Origin: Harriotta raleighana
Lineage: Eukaryota
Reading direction: 5' to 3'
DNA: 64,000 nt
Assembly (NCBI GenBank): GCA_050575255.1
Contig: JBNZDD010013718.1
Location: forward strand, 3,786,540 to 3,850,539
A model generated the notes under the pieces. The model saw only the letters and a program-made list of their open reading frames with translations. It had not been told where the DNA came from and did no database searches. This document shows positions 50,695 to 64,000 of the stretch, piece by piece. Position numbers and translations under genes: made by a program. Numbering within the stretch: the stretch's first letter is position 1; every line of letters starts with the position of its first letter.

Positions 50695-51895
50695 CAAAAC
50701 ACAAAACACAAAATACTACAGATGCTGGGAATCTAGAACAAAAACAGAAGTTGCTGGGGAAACTCAGCGGGTCAGGCAGCATCCATGGAGAAAGGAAAGT
50801 GAGTCAACATTTTGGGTCCATGACCCTCCGTCGGAACTGGGGCATGTTTGGAGGGAAAAGTTTTTAAGGACATTGGGAGGGGGTGGCGGTGGGGAGGGAG
50901 GACATGGAAGACAAAGGAGACAAAGAAGACAAAGGAAAAAGAGTGTGTAAACTGATGGGTTGAAAATGTGATAACGATGTACAGGTGAGAAACAAAAGGG
51001 GGATGGGTTTCAACGAACCTGGGGAGAAGAGGTGTTTAGTGGTGACAGAACAGACAAAACACCAGAGAGGCAGGGGGTGTCTGGAGTTATGATTGTGACG
51101 GGGAGCTCTATGGTCTGAAGTGGCTGAAATCGATGTGGAGGCCAGAGGGCTGCAGAGTCCTCAGTAGATGGATGAGGTGCTGTTCCTCAAGCTTTCGCTG
51201 TGGGTCACTGGAACAGCGCAGGAGACCATGGATGGAAAGGTCAGCCTCTGAATGTGAGCGCAAGTTGAAATGGAGAGAGACTGGAAGATCAGGGTTGACC
51301 TTCCGTACAGAGTGAAGGTGCTCTGCAAATCGGGTTCCCAATCTGCGCTTAGTCTCCCCAATCTAGAGGAGGCCACATCGTGAGCAGTGGATGCAGTGTA
51401 CTACATTGGTGGTAGTATATGTGAATCGCTGCCTCACATGGAAGCTGTGTTTTTGGCCCCTGGAGAGTGGTTTGGGTGCAGATGAAAGGGCAGGTATTGC
51501 ATCTCCTGCGATGGCACAGGAAGTGCCAGGGGAAGGAGAGCAGCTGCGGCTGCTGACGGCGGAGTGAACCAAAGAATCCTGGAGGGAGCGGTCCCTTCGG
51601 AATGCGGAGAGGGGAGGGGAAGGAAATATATCCCTGGTGGATGGGTCACATTGCAGGTGTCGGAAGTTTCTAAGGATGATATGTTGAATATTGAGGCTGG
51701 TAGGGTGGTAAGTGAGGACCAAGGGGACCCTATCACGATTCCGGGATGGGGGGACGGGGTGAGGGCAGAGGTGTGGGAAATCGGACGGACACGGTCAAGG
51801 GCCTTCACTACCATGGTTAGTGGGAAGCCTTGGTCGAGGAAAAATGAAGACATCTCAGTCACTCTGGCATGAAATGTTGCATCGTCAGAGCAGAA
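50695..51895 (-). mobile_element. Penelope-like retroelement, 5'-truncated: RT thumb/linker, GIY-YIG endonuclease and terminal sequence; pseudogenised
   Basis: CSDDATFH..MSSFFLDQGFP, LVLTYHP, FRRDRSLQDSLVHS, NVVHCIHCSRCGLL*IGETKRRLGTRFAEHL (YIG tyrosine replaced by a stop), HFN..HS and RKLEEQHLI..LQPSGL. The terminal segment GATGCTGCCTGACCCGCTGAGTTT..CCAGCA lies on the minus strand. Confidence 0.92.
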
Positions 51896-53928
51896 AGAGA
51901 AACTCCTGTCTCTTTCTGAGAAGGAATAGAAAATACACCACAAAGTGCAACAAAATGGGACCGATTGCTTTCTGCTGTTCTCCCATTTTTAACCAGATGG
52001 ATTTTTGATAGAATGGGTCTCCTCCACAGGACATGTTGATGAATTGTATATTTAGGAAGGTCAGCAATTTTATTCTTAAGAAACAAATTCAAATCTCACA
52101 ATGTTAATAATTGTCATATTGCCATGAAGTCATATTGTGACAAGCCCAGCCTCGTCCTCAGTTACCTGTTCTCATTATTTACTTTTAAAAAAGACATATC
52201 AAAATATCATTCCATGTTACCTCTAACTACTGTAGACAGGAAATGTCAGCATGCTGTGACTTTAACGATAGGTGAATTGACTCTGAGAATGCATTTGATG
52301 TTGTCACACAAGAGTATCACACACAGGGGATAACACTATAAGATTTTAACCCATCAGTTGAAGAAATGACAAGAGTAGAAATATATGGCCATTGAAAGTT
52401 GTACTGTTCACTGAGTTCGAAATTTCCTGATGGTGTAAACATTTTTTTGTAAATGTGTGAGTTGTCATTCATGTTTGTGGATGGGTATTCCCAAACCAGT
52501 TAGTTGAACTTCTCTCAACTTCACCAAGCTATGCTATAAGTTTCCTGCTGCATTCGCTCTGCTTTATTCTGCTATGCCTTCTGGTTGGTGACTGCTGTAA
52601 CAATGTCTGTCTTAATGGAGGTCGATCCAGCACAATCCCAACAACTACAGCATACAGTATTGATTCTGTCAGACTTTGTTCATCCATTCGTGAGTTATAA
52701 CCATACCACTGTAGTCTGATGCTGATATACCAATGTACCATTATCAAGCAGCTTCACTCAGTTCTGGATACCTTTATTCTTACCTTGATCTGACCAGCTC
52801 ATCCTTTTGATCTTCTGCAGATATTTAAGTTGAAAGGCATCAACTTTTTATCTGGCTGTCTCACTTATAGCCAAATCTCTTCAACGCATGATCTGGACTA
52901 GAATCATAATAGAATTTTTGATGCTGATTCAAACTTCAATGGTGATCTCTTTTCTTTTGCTTTATTAGTATCCGTTTTTACATCTGCTGGTCTTAAGCCA
53001 GCAAAAAAAAATAGATACCACTACCGTCTGTTCAATTAGTTCGCCATATCGATCAAATCCAATCATTTTTTTACCTGTAAGGACAAAACATCCTTTTGAC
53101 TGCTTCATAAAATAATTAGATTGCTCTTTCTTGAACTATAGATTTATGACAAAACCATCAGCCATTCAGCGTGAGTGGGGTTTATATAATAATATAGTGC
53201 CACAGTGAGGCAGTTATAATATACATAAGCCCTGTAAGTGACACTCTAAAATGCCACAGTGCTAATTCAGGAATTGCATTTTTCTATGTTGAATTCCTAA
53301 GATACTTTGACAACTTAATCCAAATGGCATATTCTCTGAAAATAGTAAGAAATAGATGCTAGTTCCACTCTGATCCCTTTGAACAGAATAGGATGTTTTC
53401 TCTTTATATGTAAATTATAGTTATACAATAGGTTTTGCTGCATGTGGAGAAGTTGCTCTTCAATGAAAGAGTAACTTATAACAGAGCCTTTTATTTTCTT
53501 GGATTTTATTTGTGTCTGTATAATATTCTAGGTCATTTGTGCAGTTTCATTTTTTGTCTTTTTATTCTGGTGACCTGTTCTTCTTGTTTCTGATGTCTGG
53601 TCTGAAAATCTGTTCTGTTCTAATTTGGTTCCATCAATGTAGCCACAGATAGTGCACCAGATCTTATCTATAGAGCTTTACCCTTCACTGTACCTACTTC
53701 ATTTAACATAACTGTCAAAATAAAACATATGTGGGTGGAAGAAAGACATTCTGAAAGTACAGGAAAATATTAGCTAATCTCTCCAGTCAGCTAATTCATT
53801 GAATTGCAAAAAAATGCTGTAAAATTAGAGCAAAATGAACACAATTAAGATTGCACTGCATTTGCTATAGAATTATAAAAAATGCAGTTATGCAATTTCC
53901 ACATTTTATACCACCAGCGTTTTTCAGT

Positions 53929-54316
53929 GCTATACACGTATGCTGTGGCATAATTAGTTGGATCAATTTAATAATTATAGTATTCTTTGAAATTGAAACA
54001 GAAACTTATCATATCACTAAAAACATCTCAAAGCCGTTCACGGGATTTTCATCAAAGTGTAGTGACTGTGTATTTGTAGACCGAAGAGCAGCCAATTTGC
54101 ACAGAGTGTCTCACAAACAGCCNTGCTATACACGTATGCTGTGGCATAATTAGTTGGATCAATTTAATAATTACAGTATTCTTTGAAATTGAAACAGAAA
54201 CTTATCATATCACTAAAACATCTCAAAGCGGTTCACGGGATTTTCATCAAAGTGTAGTGACTGTGTATTTGTAGACTGAAGAGCAGCCAATTTGCACAGA
54301 GTGTCTCACAAACAGC
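53929..54316. repeat. About 194 bp near-identical tandem duplication flanking the single N at 54123; probable assembly overlap. Each unit contains a minus-strand SINE fragment.
   Basis: TGCTATACACGTATGCTG...CACAAACAGC repeats on both sides of the N, with three substitutions seen. Confidence 0.9.
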
Positions 54317-57300
54317 TATGAAGTCAATGACCAATATTTTTCCACACAGTGTTCAACTGTCTCTATCAACCATCTATTAACTGGGTAGAGAACATATAGG
54401 ACTTGATTTATTAATTGATATATTATGAGAATACCAATGTCAATGTAAGTTAACAGTAATCATGTGCCTTGATAATGCACTCTCTGTCGTTGTTATTGCA
54501 TCCAACTTGCTGGAATCGGAGATGGTGGAGCTAATAGCACTGGAACCGAGATCTAACTCAGTGGAGGAAATACTGGTTAATTAGTACACTGTACCCAAAA
54601 TGTATTTTATAATAACCAGGAATTACTGTAAGTGCAATTCCAAAAACTACTTTTATGCTGAAATATACATCCCATTTCAGAGTAATACTGTTTTAAATCT
54701 TTAAAAGCTTTGCAAAGTCGCTTGGATTCTTATGCAAGATTGTTTCTGGAGCATATCTGAGTTAAATTTACACACTGCATAGTTGACTCAGAAGTGTAGT
54801 CGAGTTCAGTAGTATAACACTGTGCATCTAAAATTAAGACAAGATGGGAAATAGAAACAGAAAGCTTTGTAACCACATGAATACCATTGAAACAAAGGAG
54901 ATAGAAAAATCTCAAATCTACCACAATTTCGAAGCAGTCAAATCGATCATTTGTGCAAGATATGTTCGCGTGGTAAAGCTCTCCCCTTTGAATTTTTGCA
55001 CTGCACAACAGACCCTGATATATGCAAGGATGAGGCAGTCTGGTTTGAGGTCACAGACTGTCAGAAGCTGCACTGACAGGTACACTGCCAGAATCTTCAT
55101 GCAGAGGAAATTCTTACATTTGCTGTGGTTCTCCTTGGGCTCTGTTTCACAGCAAATTAAAACTCAAACGCAAATGCTTCTTTCACAGGTTGTTTACAAT
55201 AAGGGATATACAGTATTATGCAATTAATTGATTGCATTTAATTTTGACCATCTTAATGTTTGATTAAGATAATACTGTTCATTTGGATTATTAAAGAAAC
55301 AATGAAAGATAGCTTTGATGTGTGACAAACATGTCAACACTTCTCCCTTGGCCATTGCCCAAAATTAAGAACAATACCAAAATGTTCTCAGGTTTATATA
55401 GGAGTTGCTAAATTAGTTGGTAGGAGCACAGTCATGGTCTTCTGAATTATGGTGGGATAACCAATGCTAAATTTGGGGATGTTTGCCCTGTGCCTCCGTG
55501 ATCATAAACAATTGAGTTATTTTTGGACAAATTTATGTCATACAAGATTTGCATTCATCAGAAAGAGGCAATCAACGGCTTGGGATAGATTTCAATCCAG
55601 GGCCAGAGGTGAAAGGGCATTATTCTAACCCACCCAAGTACCTCAGCCCCCATCTGATGTGGTGACCTAAAAGCGTCAGGGGTTCGGGTGACGCAAAGCA
55701 AAAGGCTTGCTTGCTTTCTCCTCTCCCAATCTCTCTAAGAGCATTTCCACATGAAACAAGGTAGGTGGGTTCTATCCAGTTACTAGTAGCTATAAACCAC
55801 AACATAAAACTAACCCTAATTTGGTATTAATTGGCAGTCTCAATCAGAAAGGTCACAAGGTGGCTGAGCGAGAAATTGACATGTCACAGCCATGTGGTGC
55901 ATTCTCCTGAGGTTGAGGATTAATCTAGATTGCTAGGAAAGTATAGCAGGAGCTTTAACCTGCGCTACATCTATTTTCAAATTACTAGACAGATACAGTG
56001 AGTGCAAATAAAGTCAGAGAATCTTTCATTGCAGTGGCAGCTCTCATCACAAATAAAATAGTTTTCAAAATTTTTGGAAACATGCCCTTTTTAGAACATG
56101 AGGTGGTTTGCTTATCTTTCACTAATAGTTCCTCTATGTATCTTGGTAACAAGTGGAAACAGATTAATTTAATACAGTAGTTTAATTGAAAACATCTTTC
56201 TAAAAAAAGATTAAGCTTGTTTGATATGGGTAACAGAATGGCAGGCATTAATTTGAACCCTTTTAACACAGAAAGATGATTACAGCTTGCAAAACACTTT
56301 CTTTCCTTGAAATGTTTACATGGCAATTTGCTGTACATTTCCAATAGTGAAAGTTGCAAAGTAGAATTACATCAAATGTAGAAGACTTTATTTAAATCTT
56401 TGCTTGGTATTCTTGAAATAAAATACCAGTAATAATCAGATAGTACTAGATTATTAAATATGATTATAATGTAATGTCTGTTACAAAAAGGGTTAAAAGG
56501 ATTTGCATTTGAGGATTTGCATTTCTTATGTAGTTTGTAGTTTATAAGATTGAAACCTTGTTTTCTTTATTGTTTACTTGGTGTTCACCTGTAACATACC
56601 AGTTAAACAGCAACTGTATTTTTAGGAAGGAAAAGTAAATCTAAGCAACTCTTATTTGTTTGCAATGGGAGACGATCCAGCAAAGCAATGTATCATTTTT
56701 TGTTGCATTACATCTCTGTGCTTCATCGTGATTTGTACTATCATGCTGCATGCTTGTGAACAAAAGAATTCTGCAAACATATTTTCTCATGTCAGGTCTG
56801 GACAAAGCAGGCAGCTCTGTAGACCACTGTCATTTCTGAGGTATGAGCGCAGCAAAGAGCAAATGAAAGGCCAATAACTGGAAAAATCCTGCCTAGACCG
56901 TTCTGTAACAAATTGACTTCTGCACTGATGAGTTCAATACCCAGCGTAGCTTTGTGTTTGAATAGCCAGTGTGCTCTCGAGGCAGGTGTGAACCATACAG
57001 CTTTACAAGGGAAGAAGGCTAAAGAGGCCTAAAATGATTAGAATTGCTTAAAAATTGTATCGGCCTAATATGTCTTGCATGAGCACGCATAAGGTCAGAG
57101 CGCTCAGATTCCGAAGCCATTCATTTGCTCATCAAACCATTTGATGTGTTGCATCATGCCAATGGAACATCTCCCTCTAGGGACAAGAAAACATAATCAG
57201 CACCGTAGCCAAACAGCATGTCTTCAATTCTTCTGGCTCAGTGTGGAGCAATACAGGTACCAGAGGCAGAACATCCCTTCCTTTGTCATATACGAAGGGA

Positions 57301-59404
57301 ATATTGGGCCCTGAAATCTCAGAGGAGTTCATATTCACAATGGATGGATCACGAGAAAGTCCGAATGGAGTCAGAAGGCAAAGCAATGAAGATATATGAA
57401 AACATGAATCCATTGCAAGTGTTTGGCACTATTTGTAATTTAAAATATAATGATTAATGTGTCATTGTGGTGTGAGAAAAATAAAATCTATTCAATAAAC
57501 TGCACATGCACCAAACCTTAGTAACAAGCTTTAGAGCTAAGCAGCCATGTAGGCTGGCTGAACTCATAGGAACTTCTTATCTAGCGTGTACATTTTAGTG
57601 AAAAATATACACCAATTGGACAATCATGTTTCCAATATCAAAGCAGCTCCTGATTCAATGTTAACTTCATTTTTATGGTGTTCTAACACTTCAGAAGATT
57701 TCATCTGTATAAGTGAGATATTACAGATCCTGCACACAGTGACAGACAGATATGAAAATTGTGGTGAAGTCTGAAAAAGGCTCATGGTTTTTTTTAAAAA
57801 GAAATATAATCTTTTTGGAAACACGTAGGTTATAAGTGAAAGATGGGAAGGGTTTGAGATTTACAAGCTGTTGCAGACCAAGCTAACTCTGTGATTGTTG
57901 GAAATGTGCAAACATCAAGAATAGTTTGTGGAGTGGCATCACTTATAAGACAATGTTATAGCTGTTTCTAACCACTTGCCTTCGATTAGTAGGATGGTAG
58001 GTAGAGAGGATTTCACGGAAATGCCACAAAAGATGCTGTCAATTCCTGGCCCCAGTGTAATTTGCAAAGATGAATGAAGTGTTTTTTAGACTGTCATCGC
58101 TTCTGTTCAAATGTATTTGCATCTCTTACAGCCTCTGCCACTTGTATCTGACACTCGGTCTTCTGGGTAACGTTACGGGGATGATCTCACTGCTAATCAC
58201 CTATCACATGTGATGAATTTCTGCAGACTCAGTCCTGACTTGTTAAATTTGGAGCCAAGGGCTGTGGCTTCATTCCTGGCAGTTATTTATCAAAGATGAC
58301 AGCTCACAAATATCTCAATCTTGGAAAAGGCACTTTGGTGACACAGAGGCTCTGCGTGAAATTGCAAAAGTCAGCAGTCAGCGTTTATTTCATCAGAGTT
58401 GATCCAATCATCAGAGCTAGTTTGACAGTTGGGATTGTTGCCTCATGTGGCTGGCTATGTTATGGTCACTTTAATCTATTCTTTGCGGATCGACATGAAG
58501 TGGCGATATGAAAATGCAAAGAAAAGCTTAGAATAGTTTTTCTATCGCTTTGAACCAATTTTAGCCATGATATATTTGGGTATTAGAATAAGCCTGCTCA
58601 CTATATTCCAATATTTTAATTCATTACTTGGTGTCACTAGTGCGGACGGGGAGGGTGGTGGGGGAGAGAGATAGGAAATATAATTCTAAGTGTTCTGCTG
58701 TGCTACAAGTGTCTTCATAATTACGTGTTCCACGTCATAGTTTTTATCCTATTTTTGACAAAGGAGGAAGCTATCATCCTCTATGAAAAATATATTTATG
58801 TAAAACCTCTGCAATGGGTTTTATGAGTTGAATATTATATGAAGGAATATTTAACACCCCTAATTCTGGCATGGTTGCCTCCTTAGCTGTTTCAATGCCA
58901 AAGTAAACCTTTCCACTCATAATTGAATAATAACCATAGTCGTTGAATTTCATATAGCACCTTCTATAGGATGACCACATGTTGAAAGGTTACCACAAAT
59001 TCTGAAACTATAAAGGACAGGAAAATGTTGACATTCAGAAAAGTAACAGCAGCTAGAACTTAAACCCTTTGTCAGTGAGCATGAAATGTAGTGCTTGACT
59101 GGGAATAGCATCTGGTAAAATACAAATTGAGAAAACTGCAAAAATATTATGAAAAGGAAGAAAATAATTTAATTTAAATGAAGGAAGAGGTGGAGAGGAA
59201 GAGAAAAGCAATTACCCAAATTCCATAATTTCCACTACAATCATTTTTAATGGGTATGTAATTTCCTTACTTTTTAAAAAAAACTCTGAACTCATGTTCC
59301 TCTACATGACCTGAACTCAGGATAAGTCAGTCAGATATTTAAGAATTTGCCTTATTTTTTATAATAAATAAAGGATCCATAAATAAATAAGTCCCATATT
59401 GTTT

Positions 59405-59620
59405 AAACAACAACAACCTGCAATTTATTTTGTCCATTTAATGCAGGATGTAATCTCAGGCCCTGAACAGTGACAGACCTTAAAGCAGAGCCAAGGAGAG
59501 GCACCATTTGAAGAGGAAGGTCTTCGGGTGTGATTTGCAGGTGGACAAGGAGAGGGCAATGGAAGCACAGCAGTTCACAGTGAAACGAAGGGGATCAGGG
59601 ATGTGCAGGTGAGCGAAGGG
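59405..59620 (-). mobile_element. Decayed L2 3' end
   Basis: (AAC)n tail, CTGAACAGT, and TTGAAGAGGAAGGTCTT..GATTTGCAGG, similar to 21211-21420. Confidence 0.6.
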
Positions 59621-61829
59621 GGGTGGGTAGAGAAGTGAGGGGTAAGCAGGTCAGATAGGGAGGTGCTAAGGCATGACGTGATTTGCAGCTTTCCTCTTAT
59701 ATCCAGCTTGAATTCGTATAATTTGTACCATGGGACCTTATCTGAACAGGCAGACATGACATTGTTTTATGCCTTATCCAAAGGCTGGCAACTCCAACAA
59801 TGTAGCACACCCAGCACTGAATTTGGAATTGTCCAACTGGCATTACAAAACTACTTTTTGTTAAGTTAACCAGGTGGAAGTGAGGCAACATACATGACCT
59901 GCTTTTCACTTGATTTATTGTCAGGTAAAGAACACAAAAGGTAGCAATAACAAAACATTTCACCACTATTTTGACAATATGTCCAATCTTCTGAACCACA
60001 TATATACCAGCAATGAACATTTAGCATCAATGGAATAGAACACCATTGGGCATTTTTGGAAGTGTTTGAGGCCATCCTCATTGGAATAATGATATATCAT
60101 CCACGCAAGTACTGAATATAGCTACAACTCCTGTAAGAGAAATCTGAACCATAACATTATCCCACTGCTGGGGATCGAAGGTATCAGTGTAGTGCATCAC
60201 TGGAAGGAATGGATTTACCTGTAACTACTTGACAACTTATGCAACAACTTTTCTCATGAGTGGCATAATAGTATGGGATATGCCCATAACACAGGACATC
60301 TCAAAATTATGGACGTCCAATATCGCTGCATGAAGCAGGTAAATTAACTGTAATTGCAAAAGTACAGTAGGCCAACTATGTTTTAATTATACACTACTCA
60401 TGTAGTAAACAGTCCAACTTCTACAGTGCAATCCAAATACAGTATTGGGTCAATCCAGCCACAAATATCAAAGTGTTGAGCTACAGTGTTCAGATCAAGG
60501 TCTGTGTAAGAAACAGGATTGATGGATACTAAGATAACTCTGTCATCATTACATTTAGGTACAAGAGGAAACTAAGAGGAAATTTCACCCTCCCTCGAGT
60601 GTATCAGTGCATAAGAATTTCAAGATTGAAATACAAAGTTAGGGTTCAGATTATGTTCATACACTGCCTCGGATTCTGTTTTTAAATTTATTACTCAATG
60701 ACTATTATTCTAGATTCTTTACTTGGACTAATGTACAGATTGTTTGCAACACGCCAAGGAGTATGAATGGCTCTCTTTTGTTTGTTGTTCATCATGTTTG
60801 TTGTACAGTGAGATAGAGAAAAAGAGATAATTCTTCATAAATATTCTAGCTAATGGAAGTTATAACATTGTTTTGAAGAACAAAGTATGTCTCATTGAAA
60901 TTCACCTTGTCTAAAATGATGTATTTTTGCATATGTCCTCCCAGGAGGATGGACAGAGCCTAACATCAACAAAGTTTCAACACTCACAATTAGCAATTGG
61001 AACTCTTCCCAGCATTCTTCGTGACAGGACTTCCTGAACAAGGCTAGCCTATTGTTCATTTGCTGGGAGCTATCAGAAAGAATTAGCGAAACTTAAGCTC
61101 TATAGCTACCACATTTTGCATACTTTATTGGAGTGTTTCTAAAGTTTATTGTAACAATCAACTTAGAACGGTGGGTACAAGAAATCTATGTTGAATAGCA
61201 GACAAGAACACTTTCAAAATGGTTTTCTTTTCCGAAATTTGTTTGAATGGTCTTTTTGAGAAAGAATAAAATGATGGTTTCTGCAGGCAATACTTTGGCT
61301 CATTTATTCTATATGTGTAGCCAATTCAGTCACTTTGCAGGACCTTGGTTACGAGATGGCAGCCAAACACTGAGGTATTTTAAGTACTGCTATCAGCAAT
61401 GTGGTATTGTGAATGTAAATGTTTTCATTGAATATTGCTGTCAGTCTGCATTATATTGAAAGCACTAGCGCACAAAGCATTTGTGAGAAGTTACCATTGA
61501 TTTTAATAAGCCAAATTACAAGCATTAAAACTTTTAAGAATCATAGCACATTAACTTTTCTGCCTTTTCATGATTAGACAGTATTAGTGCTAATGAATAG
61601 AAATGTATGCCGTTTTCTTTGCAGAAGAGTTTATAGCAACAGAAGAATGATTTGACTGGTTCTTTTGTGGCTTGTCAAAGTTCTGTATAAATCAAGTAAT
61701 AGAATTTGGTACCAGAACTACACGCACAGGATTTATTACTTGTTACTTAGACCAAATGCATTTATCATACTTGAAATTTGAATACCTTTGTGCTAACATT
61801 TGTGCTGATTGAAGCAAAAATAATTAAAT

Positions 61830-61990
61830 AAGTGGTCATTCACTTCATGACTGTTTGTGGGACATTGATGAGTATAAATTGACTGTCTTATTCGCCTGCA
61901 AAATTCACAGTTGCTGCACTTTACAGTAAATCCTGTGAAGCGCTTTGAGAAATCCGCCCAACATGAAAGGCCATGCAAGGACAATTATTC
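61830..61990 (+). mobile_element. Deu-core SINE, diverged
   Basis: GGTCATTCACTTCATGACTGTTTGTGGGACA..CACTTTACAGTAAATCCTGTGAAGCGCTTTGAGA. Confidence 0.8.
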
Positions 61991-63300
61991 TCATTAAAAA
62001 TAAACAAATAAAAATCCACTATGTTAAACAAAATAGATATCAGAGGGTACCTTTTGAAGAGTGATGGAAGTTACTATGGCTTAAACACTGTTTTCAAACA
62101 GCACGCTTAAATACAGTACATTGTTTGCATTTATGTTATTCAAAGTGTTGTATCCATAACAGTTTCCTTTTAACTATGATGAAACAAGGGATTAAGATGC
62201 ATTTACTATGTTTATATGGTTCACTATTTCCATTATGTTCACCCAATCGGCAAAAGGAACACAAGTTTACCTAATAGTTTGATAAAAAGAAATGTTTTCC
62301 AAGCAGAAAATGAAATGAAAGCATTAATTTCATAACATTGATAGTTCCTTTCAATCAGAAATTTTTAATAGTGCTTTTCGGAAGGTGCACAGAAGAAGGT
62401 TACTTTGAATAGCAAAATCGACAATAGAAATCGATCACCATCTAAAAGAGGCATTGTCCAAAAACCTTGAATGGATTTCCCCCCCCAGCTCCCCCTCTAA
62501 ACACACGAAGGTTCACGAAAAGATGATTTCTTAAAAATCTATTTTCTTTGAAGGGCATGGTTCTATTTAAAAGTACACTGCAATCTGTTCAGTGCTGTCA
62601 CCCTTTCGAGGTTCCATTTTGAATGTGCTAAATGTCTAGCAACAACAGTAACCATGATTTTATTTTTCATCGTGCAGAGATGTGACCTGCTACGCTTGAG
62701 ATTATAATTCCTTACTTCACTTCCATTTCAACCATTTTATGCAGTGAAATAGAAATTAATATATAATCTTTACCACTTTTTCCAAAGATTTATTTTTCTT
62801 TGTGTGTTCAGAATCAGAAGAAACACAATCCATGTTAAGGCCGGTTTTATGTAACATGTTTTTACAATCATAGGAGAATTGTGTGCACAAATCAAATTCA
62901 CATTAAAATTTGATTGTGAAATGAGGGCAGTTTCATACAAGACACCCAAAAAAAACCTAAAGTTCAACTACCTGAATGTTACCATTTGTTTGAAATGAAA
63001 ACAATATTTATCACATCTTGCTCTTTGAGCTTTAAAACTTATGACCTTATTTTAGAAAAAAAAAATGGTTTCCAGTTCTATTCTGCTGCTGCTAAACAAT
63101 CCAAACCTATTTTGCAACTTCAAAATCTTGTATTTTACTTTTACAAAGTAAAGTATTTGGTTGAATATATGACAAGTGTATTATTTGTCAAAATTACACT
63201 TGTATAGCACCTTTCATATCACATCATCTTTTTTTTAAAAATTGCATCCTTCATCTCTTTCTCACTTAAAAGGTCTTTTATTCCAAAATGACTTTTCATT

Positions 63301-63578
63301 ATTACAATGATCCTGGCATTTCATATAATCCTTTTCATGTCTTCTAGACATCTCAAAAGCGCATCACAGAACATACTGTAAAGTGAATTGATTGTATATT
63401 TATGGGCAAAACGTGACAGCCAATGTGCACAGCAGTGTCCCACAAACAGTCGTGGATTGAAATGACCAATTTATTATTGTTTTTTTTTCAACTGATTATT
63501 ATTAGGCATGTGGAGTAAGGAAACTTGCCCTGTTTGGATTAGAACTCAGGTCTCTCGCTTACTGAGCTACTGGACTCC
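63301..63578 (-). mobile_element. Same SINE family, head partly deleted
   Basis: Co-linear with 14531-14828. Head GGAGTCCAGTAGCTCAGT..GAGACCTGAGTTCTAATCC; core and tail intact. Confidence 0.9.
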
Positions 63579-64000
63579 ATTATGGTAGAGTTATGCTAAA
63601 TTTTGCCCAAGCACATTGCACAATTTTCATCATAGAATATTATCAAGCAATATTCTGAAATGGCTGCCTATTGAGCAATGCTCCAAACCTGTTGTAATAC
63701 ACCTCAAAAATCAAGTCTTTCTGGTCTCCCAATAGTATAAAAAGAAACAAAATTTGACCTGTAGTATAAACCTATTATTAATTGAGTTCTTTCATCACTG
63801 TTTCAAATCACTTTAAGGCATCTTTTGCAGATGAATGTCAAGTTAAAAATATCCCTACAGTAAGATTACTCTGGGTTAGTTTAAGAGTTAATGTTTTGTT
63901 CACATAATATTTGTGCTTTAACAATAGAGATAATACTCGTAATATATTTACTGTCATTGTCCGATGTTCCTTTGTCCCCCATGAAGGTACAGTTCAATTT

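Noticed and set aside
52555-52700. CCNNVCLNGG EGF-like peptide and a GTGAGT donor-like site
   Set aside because: The remaining EGF cysteine spacing is absent and there is no convincing acceptor; likely chance.
55672-55694. GCGTCA..TGACGC inverted repeat
   Set aside because: Only a 6 bp stem, expected by chance in 64 kb.
1-64000. Prokaryotic-type systems (CRISPR, operons, defence islands); recurring SINE cores read as array repeats
   Set aside because: The DNA is vertebrate non-coding sequence. The repeats are dispersed, occur in both orientations and are not regularly spaced.

Overview
AT-rich, CpG-depleted vertebrate non-coding DNA with no recognisable host gene exon, RNA gene or CRISPR array. 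The repeat content points to a cartilaginous fish, possibly a chimaera (inference). It includes CR1 and L2 LINE fragments, many tRNA-headed Deu-domain SINEs with L2-type tails, and a Penelope-like (GIY-YIG) element. Every ORF with recognisable homology is a broken retroelement remnant; the rest look like chance ORFs. The window reads as a large intron or gene desert with several homeodomain-site-rich, CNE-like patches. The best leads are: (1) a ~225 bp tandem pair at 17.2-17.7 kb with conserved blocks, diverged spacers and two palindromes; (2) a SINE/L2-3'UTR chimera present twice in inverted orientation (41.8 kb and 45.1 kb); (3) a decayed minimal hammerhead ribozyme at the Penelope end; (4) a MITE-like inverted repeat at 25.5 kb. 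I cannot support a claim of a new biological system from sequence alone. Repeat family names come from recalled consensus features, not database searches, and boundaries are approximate.
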